From: a virus
Taxonomy: Duplodnaviria; Caudoviricetes
Reading direction: 5' to 3' (one strand)
Length of the DNA: 30,783 nucleotides
Virus record (IMG/VR): IMGVR_UViG_3300032244_000032
Location: 1-30,783 of that record
Shown: piece after piece, positions 1 through 7,933 of the stretch
Layout of the letters: the number at the start of each line of letters is the position of its first letter
How positions within the stretch are numbered: position 1 is the first letter of the stretch
Program-made: the position numbers and the translations under genes
The notes under the pieces: generated by a model
Database searches by the model: none
What the model was told of the DNA's origin: nothing
The model's input: the letters and a program-made list of their open reading frames with translations, nothing else

Positions 1-1662
1 AGCGCCTCCTGCTGGAACGCCAGCGGGAACAGGGGACGGTTGCTCAACCGCATTAGTAGGTGCCCCAGCAGGAGGAACTTGTTGCTGCGGTGCAAAGGTA
101 GCCTCGATAGCATCTTCCAATGCCTGTCCCTTTTGTCGAGCCTTAATCACCGAAGCAATCTTACGAACTACATCGGATGCGTCCTGGCCTTGTGTCGCCA
201 TCTGTGGTATCGCTTGAGTGTAGGCTGTAAGTGAACCGAGTAATGCTGTACGCATTTGCTCGATTTCAATCTTTTCTAGTTCTTGTGTTACGTTAACTGT
301 GAATGGGAGTTCACGCATTGCCATATCCTTGGAGATGAGTCCACCACCAAGTGCTTGGAGCATAAAGATAAGACCTTGTGCTGGATTTAAACCAGCCAAC
401 ATACCATAGCGAACATCAGCAGAGTAGTCACCCTTGATGTCTTTTGTGGGCTTGTATGTAATTTCATATGGTGATCCAGAGTCAACACCACGAATTGTCT
501 TTTCTTCAAAGAAGAACTTCTCATCAATTTCAAAACAAAGGCTAATTACATCACGAAGTGCTGCAGCAAAGATTGCTTGTGCTGACTTAACCTGAGTATC
601 AAAAGCTCCCATAAGAGCCTGTACGCCTTGACCTGTAACAATTGAAGCATCAATGTTTCCAGTACGGCTTTCAGGATAACGTGATCCAACACGCAATTCT
701 TGATTAAGAACGTTCTGCTCTGTGAATGCGCCTTGTGGTATTGATAGTTCTACTCGACGTACACCTGCTGGGTTTGCAGTACGGATAACCGCATCTCCAC
801 CCAACTGTAGTTCTTGTACATCTTGTGGAAGAACAATAGGAGCCTGTACAGATTTCTCTGCAGCTTCCATAGCAAGCAAAGCAAAACGATTGCGAAGCAA
901 TTGAATACCGAGCACGTCATCAAATTGTCCACGTAGTTCACCATCAATAGATGGCTTGCGTGCGACAACAACCATCATTTTTCCAAGAGGATTGTTGGCC
1001 TTTGAAAGAACTAAGTCACCCTTTGATGGAATGTAGATTACAGATTGATCCTTGTCGTAGTAACGAATCATTTCAATCTGTGCGTTGAGATCCTGCTTGT
1101 AGCCGTAGCCACCAAGAAGTTCACGCTCATACTCTGGGAACTGAGATACAAGTTCTCCGAGACTTAATGTGTAACGCTTTGCGTATGCAATGCATCGACC
1201 ATAACGATCAAATTCTGGATACGCACCGATTGGATTTTCAATGCGGATACGTGGAAGCTTTGCTTCATCGTCTAATTCAATGATGAATGGAACGAAACCA
1301 TATGTCAGATACCAGTCAGCACCTGAGTACATCTGTACTCCAAGGTCTGAATTCTGGAAGTAGTTAGATGCGATACGTGTACGCTTATCAGCAAAACCTC
1401 TAGCGCGGTCACTTACCTGGTTTGCTGCAGAGCAGTTGACGGCAGGAAGTGGCGCCATAACCTCAGATAGGTCACGTGCTACGATATCAATAAAGTTTGC
1501 TACTACGTTTGCATCAACACCATCTGGAAAGAAGTCTGGGTAAACCTCAGCGATCTTTCCTTTACGGACAGCAAGTACATCAAGGTTGCGAGCATCGCGT
1601 TCATTGTTGCGATAGCGCATCGAGATGACTCGTGCTGCAATCTGTTCCATTGTCAATGCCAT
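1..1662 (-). CDS. Portal protein, 3' end truncated by window edge
   Basis: Not in the ORF track because it has no stop in the window. Manual translation from ATG 1662 (overlapping the upstream stop) gives MALTMEQIAARVISMRYRNNERDARN...VVANFIDIVARDLSEVMAPLP...RGQFDDVLGIQ...DVRYG, open for 554 codons to base 1 with a Pro/Ala/Gln-rich tail. It lies just downstream of terminase. Confidence 0.85.
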   Translation of the reverse strand, partial: MALTMEQIAARVISMRYRNNERDARNLDVLAVRKGKIAEVYPDFFPDGVDANVVANFIDIVARDLSEVMAPLPAVNCSAANQVSDRARGFADKRTRIASNYFQNSDLGVQMYSGADWYLTYGFVPFIIELDDEAKLPRIRIENPIGAYPEFDRYGRCIAYAKRYTLSLGELVSQFPEYERELLGGYGYKQDLNAQIEMIRYYDKDQSVIYIPSKGDLVLSKANNPLGKMMVVVARKPSIDGELRGQFDDVLGIQLLRNRFALLAMEAAEKSVQAPIVLPQDVQELQLGGDAVIRTANPAGVRRVELSIPQGAFTEQNVLNQELRVGSRYPESRTGNIDASIVTGQGVQALMGAFDTQVKSAQAIFAAALRDVISLCFEIDEKFFFEEKTIRGVDSGSPYEITYKPTKDIKGDYSADVRYGMLAGLNPAQGLIFMLQALGGGLISKDMAMRELPFTVNVTQELEKIEIEQMRTALLGSLTAYTQAIPQMATQGQDASDVVRKIASVIKARQKGQALEDAIEATFAPQQQVPPAGAPTNAVEQPSPVPAGVPAGGA

Positions 1663-1955
1663 TAGTTACCCTTAATTCTATTTTTGTTCAGGTGAGCTTC
1701 TGCTATACGCTTTCTTGATTCTTCTGCATTTCTCGCAGCAACTGATCCCTTAGGTGGCAACCCTAGCGCTTCTTTTGCTTTGGCAATGCCTTCTTCGTTA
1801 ATTTGTTGTTGAGTTCTTGCGGGTGGCGCAGAACCTTCTTTGTAAACCTTTTGAACAGTCTTTGCAGACTTAATTCCGCCAGCGGTTCTTGTTGCTGATT
1901 GAATAGCACGAGCTGCTCTTGCTGCTGCAACTATTACTGCAAGTGGAACTGCCAT
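1662..1955 (-). CDS. Hypothetical basic protein (97 aa)
   Basis: Likely start MAVPLAVIV at 1955 after GGATAGGA SD; stop overlaps portal ATG. Confidence 0.7.
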   Translation of the reverse strand: MAVPLAVIVAAARAARAIQSATRTAGGIKSAKTVQKVYKEGSAPPARTQQQINEEGIAKAKEALGLPPKGSVAARNAEESRKRIAEAHLNKNRIKGN

Positions 1956-1962
1956 TGTAATC

Positions 1963-3831
1963 CTATCCGTAGTATTCAGCCCATTGCTCTGCAAAGGCGT
2001 CATCTAAATTAAGTGACCCACGTTGTGCTTTCTGAGCGCGTGTGGTCCAGCGATTTTGCTGATATTGACCAACCCGACTTGACTGTTGCATAAGTTCACG
2101 CACACGAATGATTGCGAACCATAGTGCCATCACGCAGTCTGTTGGATTTTTTGTATCAGGCTTCCAAGTAATAAGCTGTTGAACCAAAGACTTCAAGCCT
2201 TCGGATCCTTCATTGCTAGGTATCTGAATAATGTTGTTGTCTTGGAAGCGTGTATCTCTAATACTACCAAAGAGGGGAGACATAGATGCCACACCAAATC
2301 CTACGTCCCACTTGTTCTTACCAGTAAAGTGTGGATTCATCTGACATCCGTAGGATGCCAAGAAGTTGCGAAGGTCGGTATCCATCTGGTACGCCTTCTG
2401 GTGTGCGTTGATTTCAACGCGAAACTCTTGTGGTCGATATCGATCAACCCACTCTTCAATCAGAGCGCGTTCTTTCTGCGGGCTAGGTTCTGACATATTG
2501 ACGCAGTCAAGAACATAAATCTTTCCATCAGATCTATTGTAGGTAACTGCTACGAAGGCGGACCTACCAGATACAGCAGGGTCAAAGCCTATAACTGTAT
2601 ACGAACCTTCTACGTGCGTCGGGTGCCCTGGAGCACCTGGTTTAAGCGGTCCGCGCTTTCGCATACCGTTAATACATCCTGCAACTGCTGTTGGCGAAAA
2701 GATAGAGTCTTCTTGGATGTCTTCTTGTTGGTAGACCATAGCCCAGACAGATGATGCAACTTCAGAGCGGCGCGTAAAGAGCGAGGGTCCATCCCATTTC
2801 GGATAAAGTCCATTTGCGTTAGCCCCGTCGATTTCGTTCTCTTGCTGATTGCTTTCAGGCCACAAGGTCTTCCAGTTCTTAGGGTTCTCATCGAACTCTA
2901 GAACGGCGGGCTGAGCGAAGTAAGTAAACGGGCTCTTGCCACCAGACCATTGATCGCCACTGCGAATCATTTTATAAAGGTCAATGGGAGCGACACGGGT
3001 TCCTACTACAAGTAATTTTCCGTGCCGTCCCAGACGTGTGATAACTTCCTTCTGAAGCCATTCAATTTGCTTCTCCCATTCGTGGGCATTTGAGTTCATC
3101 ACAACATCGTCTAGGATAATTAGGTCGGCGCGGGCGCCGTAAATCTGTGACCCAAATCCTAATGCTTGCACCGTAGGATCCTTTTCGCCAGAGTCGCGGC
3201 CAGTACCTAGGTAAATCATATCAGCAGACCATTGGGTTGCATCTGCCTTGTATCCTCCATTAGGGCCGAAGGCCACTTGGAGTTTTGTGTAAGCTGGGTG
3301 GCTAAGACGAGTCTTAATCGCACCGAGGAACTTACGAGCCATACCTTGAGTCTTGGAAACGATAATGACTCGGGCGTTAGGGTTCGTAACAATTTTATAG
3401 ACGACGTAGTTTGTCGTAATGACCGTAGACTTGGCGTGCTCGGGTGGTACGTTAATCAAGACGCGGTTAAGTGCGCCTTGCTCGTACGTCATACTTGGGT
3501 GGATCCAGCGGGGCTCGCGGCCCTCTATCAGATCGTACCAGTCAAGGTGATGTTCGAAGAGCGTAGTATCCAAGAACTGCTCGGAGAACTCAGGAAACGA
3601 AATATCTTTAAGTTCCTTCAGGTCAGCCTTGATGCCTTTACCCTCGAGGCGGGCCTTCTCGGCGCGCTCCTTAAAGTCAGGATCTGCCATACACCATTGT
3701 CGGTAGGCTACATCTGAGCGGCCTACGGACTGCATAGCGGCCGTGATGGTTGCACCTTGCTCTAGTTGAATCAGGACTTTCTCCTGGGCCTCCCGTTTAG
3801 GGATGGCCTGAACACCTGGTTTTCTGCCCAT
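1963..3831 (-). CDS. terL: Terminase large subunit with N-terminal HTH-like extension
   Basis: Variant Walker A LINVPPEHAKST, Walker B LIILDD, motif III VVGTR, RNase H-like nuclease VIGFDPA and DCVMA; GGGGA SD; adjacent to portal. Confidence 0.92.
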   Translation of the reverse strand: MGRKPGVQAIPKREAQEKVLIQLEQGATITAAMQSVGRSDVAYRQWCMADPDFKERAEKARLEGKGIKADLKELKDISFPEFSEQFLDTTLFEHHLDWYDLIEGREPRWIHPSMTYEQGALNRVLINVPPEHAKSTVITTNYVVYKIVTNPNARVIIVSKTQGMARKFLGAIKTRLSHPAYTKLQVAFGPNGGYKADATQWSADMIYLGTGRDSGEKDPTVQALGFGSQIYGARADLIILDDVVMNSNAHEWEKQIEWLQKEVITRLGRHGKLLVVGTRVAPIDLYKMIRSGDQWSGGKSPFTYFAQPAVLEFDENPKNWKTLWPESNQQENEIDGANANGLYPKWDGPSLFTRRSEVASSVWAMVYQQEDIQEDSIFSPTAVAGCINGMRKRGPLKPGAPGHPTHVEGSYTVIGFDPAVSGRSAFVAVTYNRSDGKIYVLDCVNMSEPSPQKERALIEEWVDRYRPQEFRVEINAHQKAYQMDTDLRNFLASYGCQMNPHFTGKNKWDVGFGVASMSPLFGSIRDTRFQDNNIIQIPSNEGSEGLKSLVQQLITWKPDTKNPTDCVMALWFAIIRVRELMQQSSRVGQYQQNRWTTRAQKAQRGSLNLDDAFAEQWAEYYG

Positions 3832-3889
3832 CAGTTATCCCCTAAATATCAGTCTATTAACGGTCCCTATTAAACGATATAACTCTCCC

Positions 3890-3949
3890 ATTATATATAT
3901 TATATATAATATTATATAGGAGTCGCGGAGTCTTAAACGGAGCGACTCC
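3890..3949. promoter_or_regulatory. AT-tract plus GC hairpin upstream of terminase
   Basis: Pure A/T tract 3890-3918 next to inverted repeat GGAGTCGC (3919-3926)/GCGACTCC (3942-3949). Same architecture as 16664-16720. Confidence 0.5.
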
Positions 3950-4135
3950 GTATATGTAATACATTACATATAAGATAACCTGTTCAAACACTAAAAACGA
4001 ACACATTGTGAATATATATTTTTATATAAGGGGGGCTATATATTAAAAGGCCTGGTCACAGGCCGGAATATAACAGAAAATTTGTATGGGAGTCATAATA
4101 TATAGAGGACACACACATTAACAAACCCTACGGGC

Positions 4136-4271
4136 AAATGTCGACAAAGCGATTTATCTACACACATTATGACCTGTTATGAATTGTCGACAAATCGACA
4201 AAGCCCTTTGGGGCTTCAACCCTAAACCTTTACTAGATAGTTAAAGTTAAAAACCAAATGTCGATTTATCT
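4136..4271. repeat. Cluster of TGTCGA(CAAA)/GATTTATCT repeats
   Basis: AAATGTCGACAAAGCGATTTATCT (4136-4159), AATTGTCGACAAATCGACAAAGC (4182-4204, containing palindrome TTGTCGACAA 4184-4193), AAATGTCGATTTATCT (4256-4271). Confidence 0.7.
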
Positions 4272-4386
4272 CTTTGTGGACTATCCCCCCGACCCTTTCG
4301 CGGGTCAATAAATGAGTGAGCAACATCACACGCCAAATGGTCAAGAGTTCTCCAAATCTATGGTATAAGCCAAACCCTATCCAAAG

Positions 4387-4420
4387 TAGTTGAAACTTCA
4401 ACTATTGAAACTTCAACTAT
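4387..4420. repeat. Tandem duplicated palindromic 15-mer (operator-like)
   Basis: TTGAAACTTCAACTA twice in tandem (period 15); the first copy lies within inverted repeat TAGTTGAA-AC-TTCAACTA (4387-4404). Confidence 0.75.
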
Positions 4421-4627
4421 CTGTCCATATTCTCCCAAGATGTCGCGATTGTCCGACTTGCCCTATCTTGTACACAAATGTCCACCCTGCCCGCTTTGTC
4501 CTAGTCTGTCCTACTTTGTGCGCTTTTGGGTTCTCCAAGTGTGACGCACTTCACACTCACAAATCGGACAAATCACCATAAATCACCCGCCTGGCATTTC
4601 ACTCTTGCGCCTTGTTTTCTCTTTCTA

Positions 4628-4636
4628 TGGTAAATT
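4628..4636 (+). promoter_or_regulatory. Possible extended -10 early promoter
   Basis: TGGTAAATT (TGn-TAnnnT) just before a hairpin that could be a transcript 5' end; no convincing -35. Confidence 0.3.
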
Positions 4637-4639
4637 TCT

Positions 4640-4940
4640 CTTGTGGGTTGAAAGAACCCCACGAGTTTGTCCGATTGGTTGGCTATCCAACTTCATTGGT
4701 GCTTTCTCTCTCGTGGCAGATTGTTACCCTAGAAAGTTTCAAGTTCTATCTTGTTTCTCTTGTGAACCTTTCGCGATAGCGCGAATTAGTAGCGGATTGA
4801 AAGAACACACAACCTTTCGCCTTTCGATAATTCACAACAACAAAGTGAGCGCGAGTCACGCCTTGTAAGCGTGGCAAGTTCTCACTTCGGGCGCATAGGG
4901 TGAAAGCCTTATGCGCTCACAAGTTCAACCAACCGAAAGG
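4640..4940 (+). ncRNA. Candidate structured RNA / long leader of the early operon
   Basis: Consecutive stems with G-U pairs favouring the + strand: CTTGTGGG/CCCACGAG; TTGTGAA/TTCACAA enclosing TTCGCG-ATAG-CGCGAA; AGTGAG/CTCACT enclosing GTCACGC/GCGTGGC; GCGCATAGGGT-GAAA-GCCTTATGCGC with a GNRA loop. No credible ORF. Confidence 0.45.
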
Positions 4941-4948
4941 ATAGACAA

Positions 4949-5236
4949 ATGGCGAGTATCCAAATACTTCGACCTAAACCACGCGCTTCGGTAGCGTGGA
5001 AGCAGTCGAAGCACCCAATACAACCCGTCACAATTACCAAACCTAATGGTGAAGTGATTGTGATTGAACAAGTGAAGCCTAAGCGCGTTAAGCGCGCAAA
5101 GGCTAAGCGTTCAACCCGAAAGGTCACGCCACTTACCCATAAGGTAAGCGAGCAGGACAACCTAGCAATTCAACTTCAAGAACGGCGTGAAGCACTTATG
5201 CGCGAGATTGGAACTATTCATCTCTCGGACAAGTAA
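4949..5236 (+). CDS. Hypothetical basic early protein
   Basis: GAAAGGA SD; Lys/Arg-rich, 95 aa; first ORF of the rightward operon. Confidence 0.75.
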   Translation: MASIQILRPKPRASVAWKQSKHPIQPVTITKPNGEVIVIEQVKPKRVKRAKAKRSTRKVTPLTHKVSEQDNLAIQLQERREALMREIGTIHLSDK

Positions 5237-5244
5237 CACGCCAC

Positions 5245-5289
5245 GCCTTACCCCGTAACGACGGCGCAGGTTCACGACCTAGTAAGGCA
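5245..5289 (+). ncRNA. tRNA-like mini element (acceptor stem plus T-arm-like hairpin), not a canonical tRNA
   Basis: 7-bp stem GCCTTAC (5245-5251)/GTAAGGC (5282-5288) plus A, enclosing CCGT-AACG-ACGG and AGG-TTCACGA-CCT. Confidence 0.4.
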
Positions 5290-5327
5290 CTCGCACAACT
5301 CGGTGCGTATCGTAGAAGGGTAACGAG

Positions 5328-5462
5328 ATGAACCTATCCAATGGCGATTTATTTGCTTTAATTATCGCCCTTGCTTCGCTTAATCTGGTACTGGTGGTCG
5401 CCTTTCGGCGTATCTATGTACTAGAACGACGACTCAGTAAGTTATCGGGCTATGTCCGATAA
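5328..5462 (+). CDS. Small membrane protein (44 aa)
   Basis: Manual ORF MNLSNGDLFALIIALASLNLVLVVAFRRIYVLERRLSKLSGYVR; GAAGGG SD; one TM segment followed by a basic tail; overlaps the next start. Confidence 0.7.
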   Translation: MNLSNGDLFALIIALASLNLVLVVAFRRIYVLERRLSKLSGYVR

Positions 5463-5643
5463 TCTGCTACTCGACCTTACTCCTAGTGAGGTTGCAATAA
5501 TTCGGTCAGCACTTAGGACTGAACAAGAAGGACACAAACGCAACGATTTCAGAACGCTTGAACTTGCGGTTCAAGATTTGCGTAATAAGATTTCAGACGC
5601 TATGATTGACAACGCTGACCTTAATCGTAAGGCTAGCGTTTAA
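5452..5643 (+). CDS. Hypothetical protein
   Basis: 63 aa helical-looking ORF in operon context. Confidence 0.7.
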   Translation: MSDNLLLDLTPSEVAIIRSALRTEQEGHKRNDFRTLELAVQDLRNKISDAMIDNADLNRKASV

Positions 5644-5683
5644 GTGGTAAAGTTCCTACTACTCCAAAGGAAGGGGGTGGATA

Positions 5684-7012
5684 ATGGATAATGATGAGAA
5701 AGTTTCGTGCTTTCAATGCGGTGGAGATTTCAACCTAGATGATACTAGATTATTAGATGATAGTATCGTCTGTGTAGATTGTTCCTATTACTGCGACTAC
5801 TGTTCAAGATTAGGGCTTAAAGAACGCTCTATCTATTCAGAAGGTCACGGCTCGTTATACTGTAACGAGTGTGCCGTAGTCTGTGAGCGTTGTAATGACG
5901 GAGAACTTCGCGACAATCACCGCTATGTTAGTGGTGATGTTTGGTGTGAAAGTTGTGCCGACAACAACTCGTTCTATTGTAATGGTTGCGAGGAGTCCTT
6001 TAGTGACCGAGATGATAGTTACTATGTTCGTGATGACTCTCTGTGTGAGAGTTGCTACGAGGCTTCGGCATACTATTGTGAGGATTGCGAGGAATACTTC
6101 TATGATGATGACCCTTGCGAATGTCGTAGTGACGGCGGTAATGGTCGTGGCAATCGTCTAGGTTGTTGCGGTAATCGTGGCTTCATACATCAGTATAGTT
6201 GTAAGCCCGAACTTCAATTCATTGGCGAGTCTAAGCGTGGTTTGTTCTTTGGCTTTGAGTTAGAAACTCAGATAAGGTCAAAGGATAATAATTCGCTAGA
6301 CAAAGCAAGTGAGTACGCTAGTAACGCACTCAAAGATATTGCTATCCTTAAACACGACTCTAGTATAGGTCGTGACGGATACGCAGGATTTGAGATAGTT
6401 ACTCAACCGCATACGCATACACAGTATCGTGATAACTCACAACTATTGTGGGATACCATAGATAAATTGCGCACCGATTATGAAGCAAGGTCGTGGGATA
6501 CTACGAGTTGCGGATTACACATACACATCAGTCGCGCTGGCTTCAGTAGTGGCGCACACTTACACCGATTTATCTCACTCGTCTACCACAATGCCGAGAT
6601 GATGATGAAGTTCGCAGGTCGTAAGTCCGACTATGCTAGGTTCAATGATGTCTACACTTTCAATGAGTTCGACAAGCCTGTGTTCTCGTTGAAGCATAAG
6701 GTTGGTGACCCTAGACAATACTCAAGTGAGCGTTTCTCTGCGGTCAACACACAGAATCGTACGACTATCGAACTCAGGTTCTTTAGGGGTACTATGAATC
6801 CAAAGGGTGTTCTATCTGCCATTGACCTTGCTCACTCTATGGTGGAATACACTAGAGAGTTACGCCTAGATGAAGTTAAACTAGGCGCACTATCGTGGGA
6901 CTGGTTCTGCGATTATGTCGAGTCTAACAACGGACTCTATCCTGATTTGTATGAGCGACTAGGTAAGGTCGCGAGTACGAACATCAACAAACCAACAACA
7001 ATCAACGCGTAA
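5684..7012 (+). CDS. Putative amidoligase (COOH-NH2 ligase, Amidoligase_2-like) with N-terminal multi-CxxC Zn-finger repeats
   Basis: Glutamine-synthetase-like motifs FFGFELE, KHDSSI, GFEIVTQP, TSCGLHIHIS, RFSAVN, TIELRFFRGT; about nine CxxC pairs in the first 150 aa. Confidence 0.85.
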   Translation: MDNDEKVSCFQCGGDFNLDDTRLLDDSIVCVDCSYYCDYCSRLGLKERSIYSEGHGSLYCNECAVVCERCNDGELRDNHRYVSGDVWCESCADNNSFYCNGCEESFSDRDDSYYVRDDSLCESCYEASAYYCEDCEEYFYDDDPCECRSDGGNGRGNRLGCCGNRGFIHQYSCKPELQFIGESKRGLFFGFELETQIRSKDNNSLDKASEYASNALKDIAILKHDSSIGRDGYAGFEIVTQPHTHTQYRDNSQLLWDTIDKLRTDYEARSWDTTSCGLHIHISRAGFSSGAHLHRFISLVYHNAEMMMKFAGRKSDYARFNDVYTFNEFDKPVFSLKHKVGDPRQYSSERFSAVNTQNRTTIELRFFRGTMNPKGVLSAIDLAHSMVEYTRELRLDEVKLGALSWDWFCDYVESNNGLYPDLYERLGKVASTNINKPTTINA

Positions 7013-7023
7013 GGGGTGATAGT

Positions 7024-7881
7024 ATGTGTCTATTAGTAGTGTGTGAACCTAACTCTACACCAAGTAGAGATGATTTACACGCTGGTGCTTGTAGTAATCC
7101 GCACGGCTATGGCTTTGCTATCCACGCAGGGGATAAGATTATCTCGGAGCGTGGTATGTCGGCAAAGAAAATAATCAAGCGGTTCTTAGAGTTGCGTAAG
7201 CAGTATCCAAATGGGTATGCTATGTGGCACGCTAGGTATGCTACACACGGAGTAAAGAACGAGCAGAATTGCCACCCATTTATTGTAGGTGGTGACGAGC
7301 AGACTTATCTAGCACACAATGGTGTGTTAGACATTAACATAGCCGACAATGATAGAAGGTCGGACACTAGAGTATTCGCAGAGGATACTCTGCCTGCTAT
7401 GGGTGGTGTTACAGTATTAGATGATGATAATGCATTTCACATCTTACAGAAGTGGGCAGGTGGTAGCAAGATTGCTTTACTAACTACCGACCCTAAAGCA
7501 CAGTACCCTATGTACCTTCTCAATGAGAACTTGGGTACTTGGGACGACAAAGGTGTATGGTGGTCAAACAGTTCACACAAGCGAACAACTGTGGTCAAAG
7601 CAACGACTGCTACCTACCCTAACTACTGGGAGAAGCAAGAAAAAGATTATGATTACAACGATGAATTGCTCAAGTATTACAAGGCTTTAGAAGAAGGTGA
7701 CACGATAGATATGGAGGTGTGTATATTCTGCGAAGCCATTGTAGATTTCACGGAGAACCCATACTATTGTACAATGTGTGAAACCTGCTACGATTGTGAA
7801 CAGACAATAGTAGATTGTCTATGCTACACACCTGATAGGGTGTGGAAATCCAAGCAATCCTTCGAGGATATGGTATACTAA
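7024..7881 (+). CDS. Class II (Ntn) glutamine amidotransferase with Cys-rich C-terminus
   Basis: N-terminal Met-Cys, NPHGYG, HARYATHG, NCHPF, LAHNG, SDT motifs; C-terminal CIFC/CTMCETCYDC/CLC. Confidence 0.9.
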   Translation: MCLLVVCEPNSTPSRDDLHAGACSNPHGYGFAIHAGDKIISERGMSAKKIIKRFLELRKQYPNGYAMWHARYATHGVKNEQNCHPFIVGGDEQTYLAHNGVLDINIADNDRRSDTRVFAEDTLPAMGGVTVLDDDNAFHILQKWAGGSKIALLTTDPKAQYPMYLLNENLGTWDDKGVWWSNSSHKRTTVVKATTATYPNYWEKQEKDYDYNDELLKYYKALEEGDTIDMEVCIFCEAIVDFTENPYYCTMCETCYDCEQTIVDCLCYTPDRVWKSKQSFEDMVY

Positions 7882-7884
7882 GTT

Positions 7885-7914
7885 TCTGTAGGCAACAACG
7901 CTTACAGATTGTTC
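7885..7914 (+). terminator. Hairpin after GATase, possible weak terminator or processing site
   Basis: TCTGTAGGC-AACAAC-GCTTACAGA followed by TTGTTC. Confidence 0.35.
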
Positions 7915-7933
7915 GACAACTAGAGAGGTAAGT

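Noticed and set aside
40-971. Short track ORFs 40-234, 722-904 and 750-971
   Set aside because: They are shadows of the portal gene, which occupies 1-1662 on the minus strand.
2179-3717. Track ORFs 2179-2493, 2610-2891 and 3232-3717
   Set aside because: Antisense or out-of-frame within terminase, with no recognisable motifs.
4136-4420. CRISPR-like mini array
   Set aside because: Repeats are short, degenerate and irregularly spaced, with no constant repeat-spacer period.
4390-4868. ORFs 4390-4581 and 4605-4868 as genes
   Set aside because: TTG starts without SD and atypical composition; they overlap repeats and RNA-like stems, so the region is better explained as non-coding.
5245-5289. Canonical tRNA gene
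   Set aside because: Only about 45 nt, no anticodon arm, non-consensus T loop and no CCA; kept only as a tRNA-like candidate.
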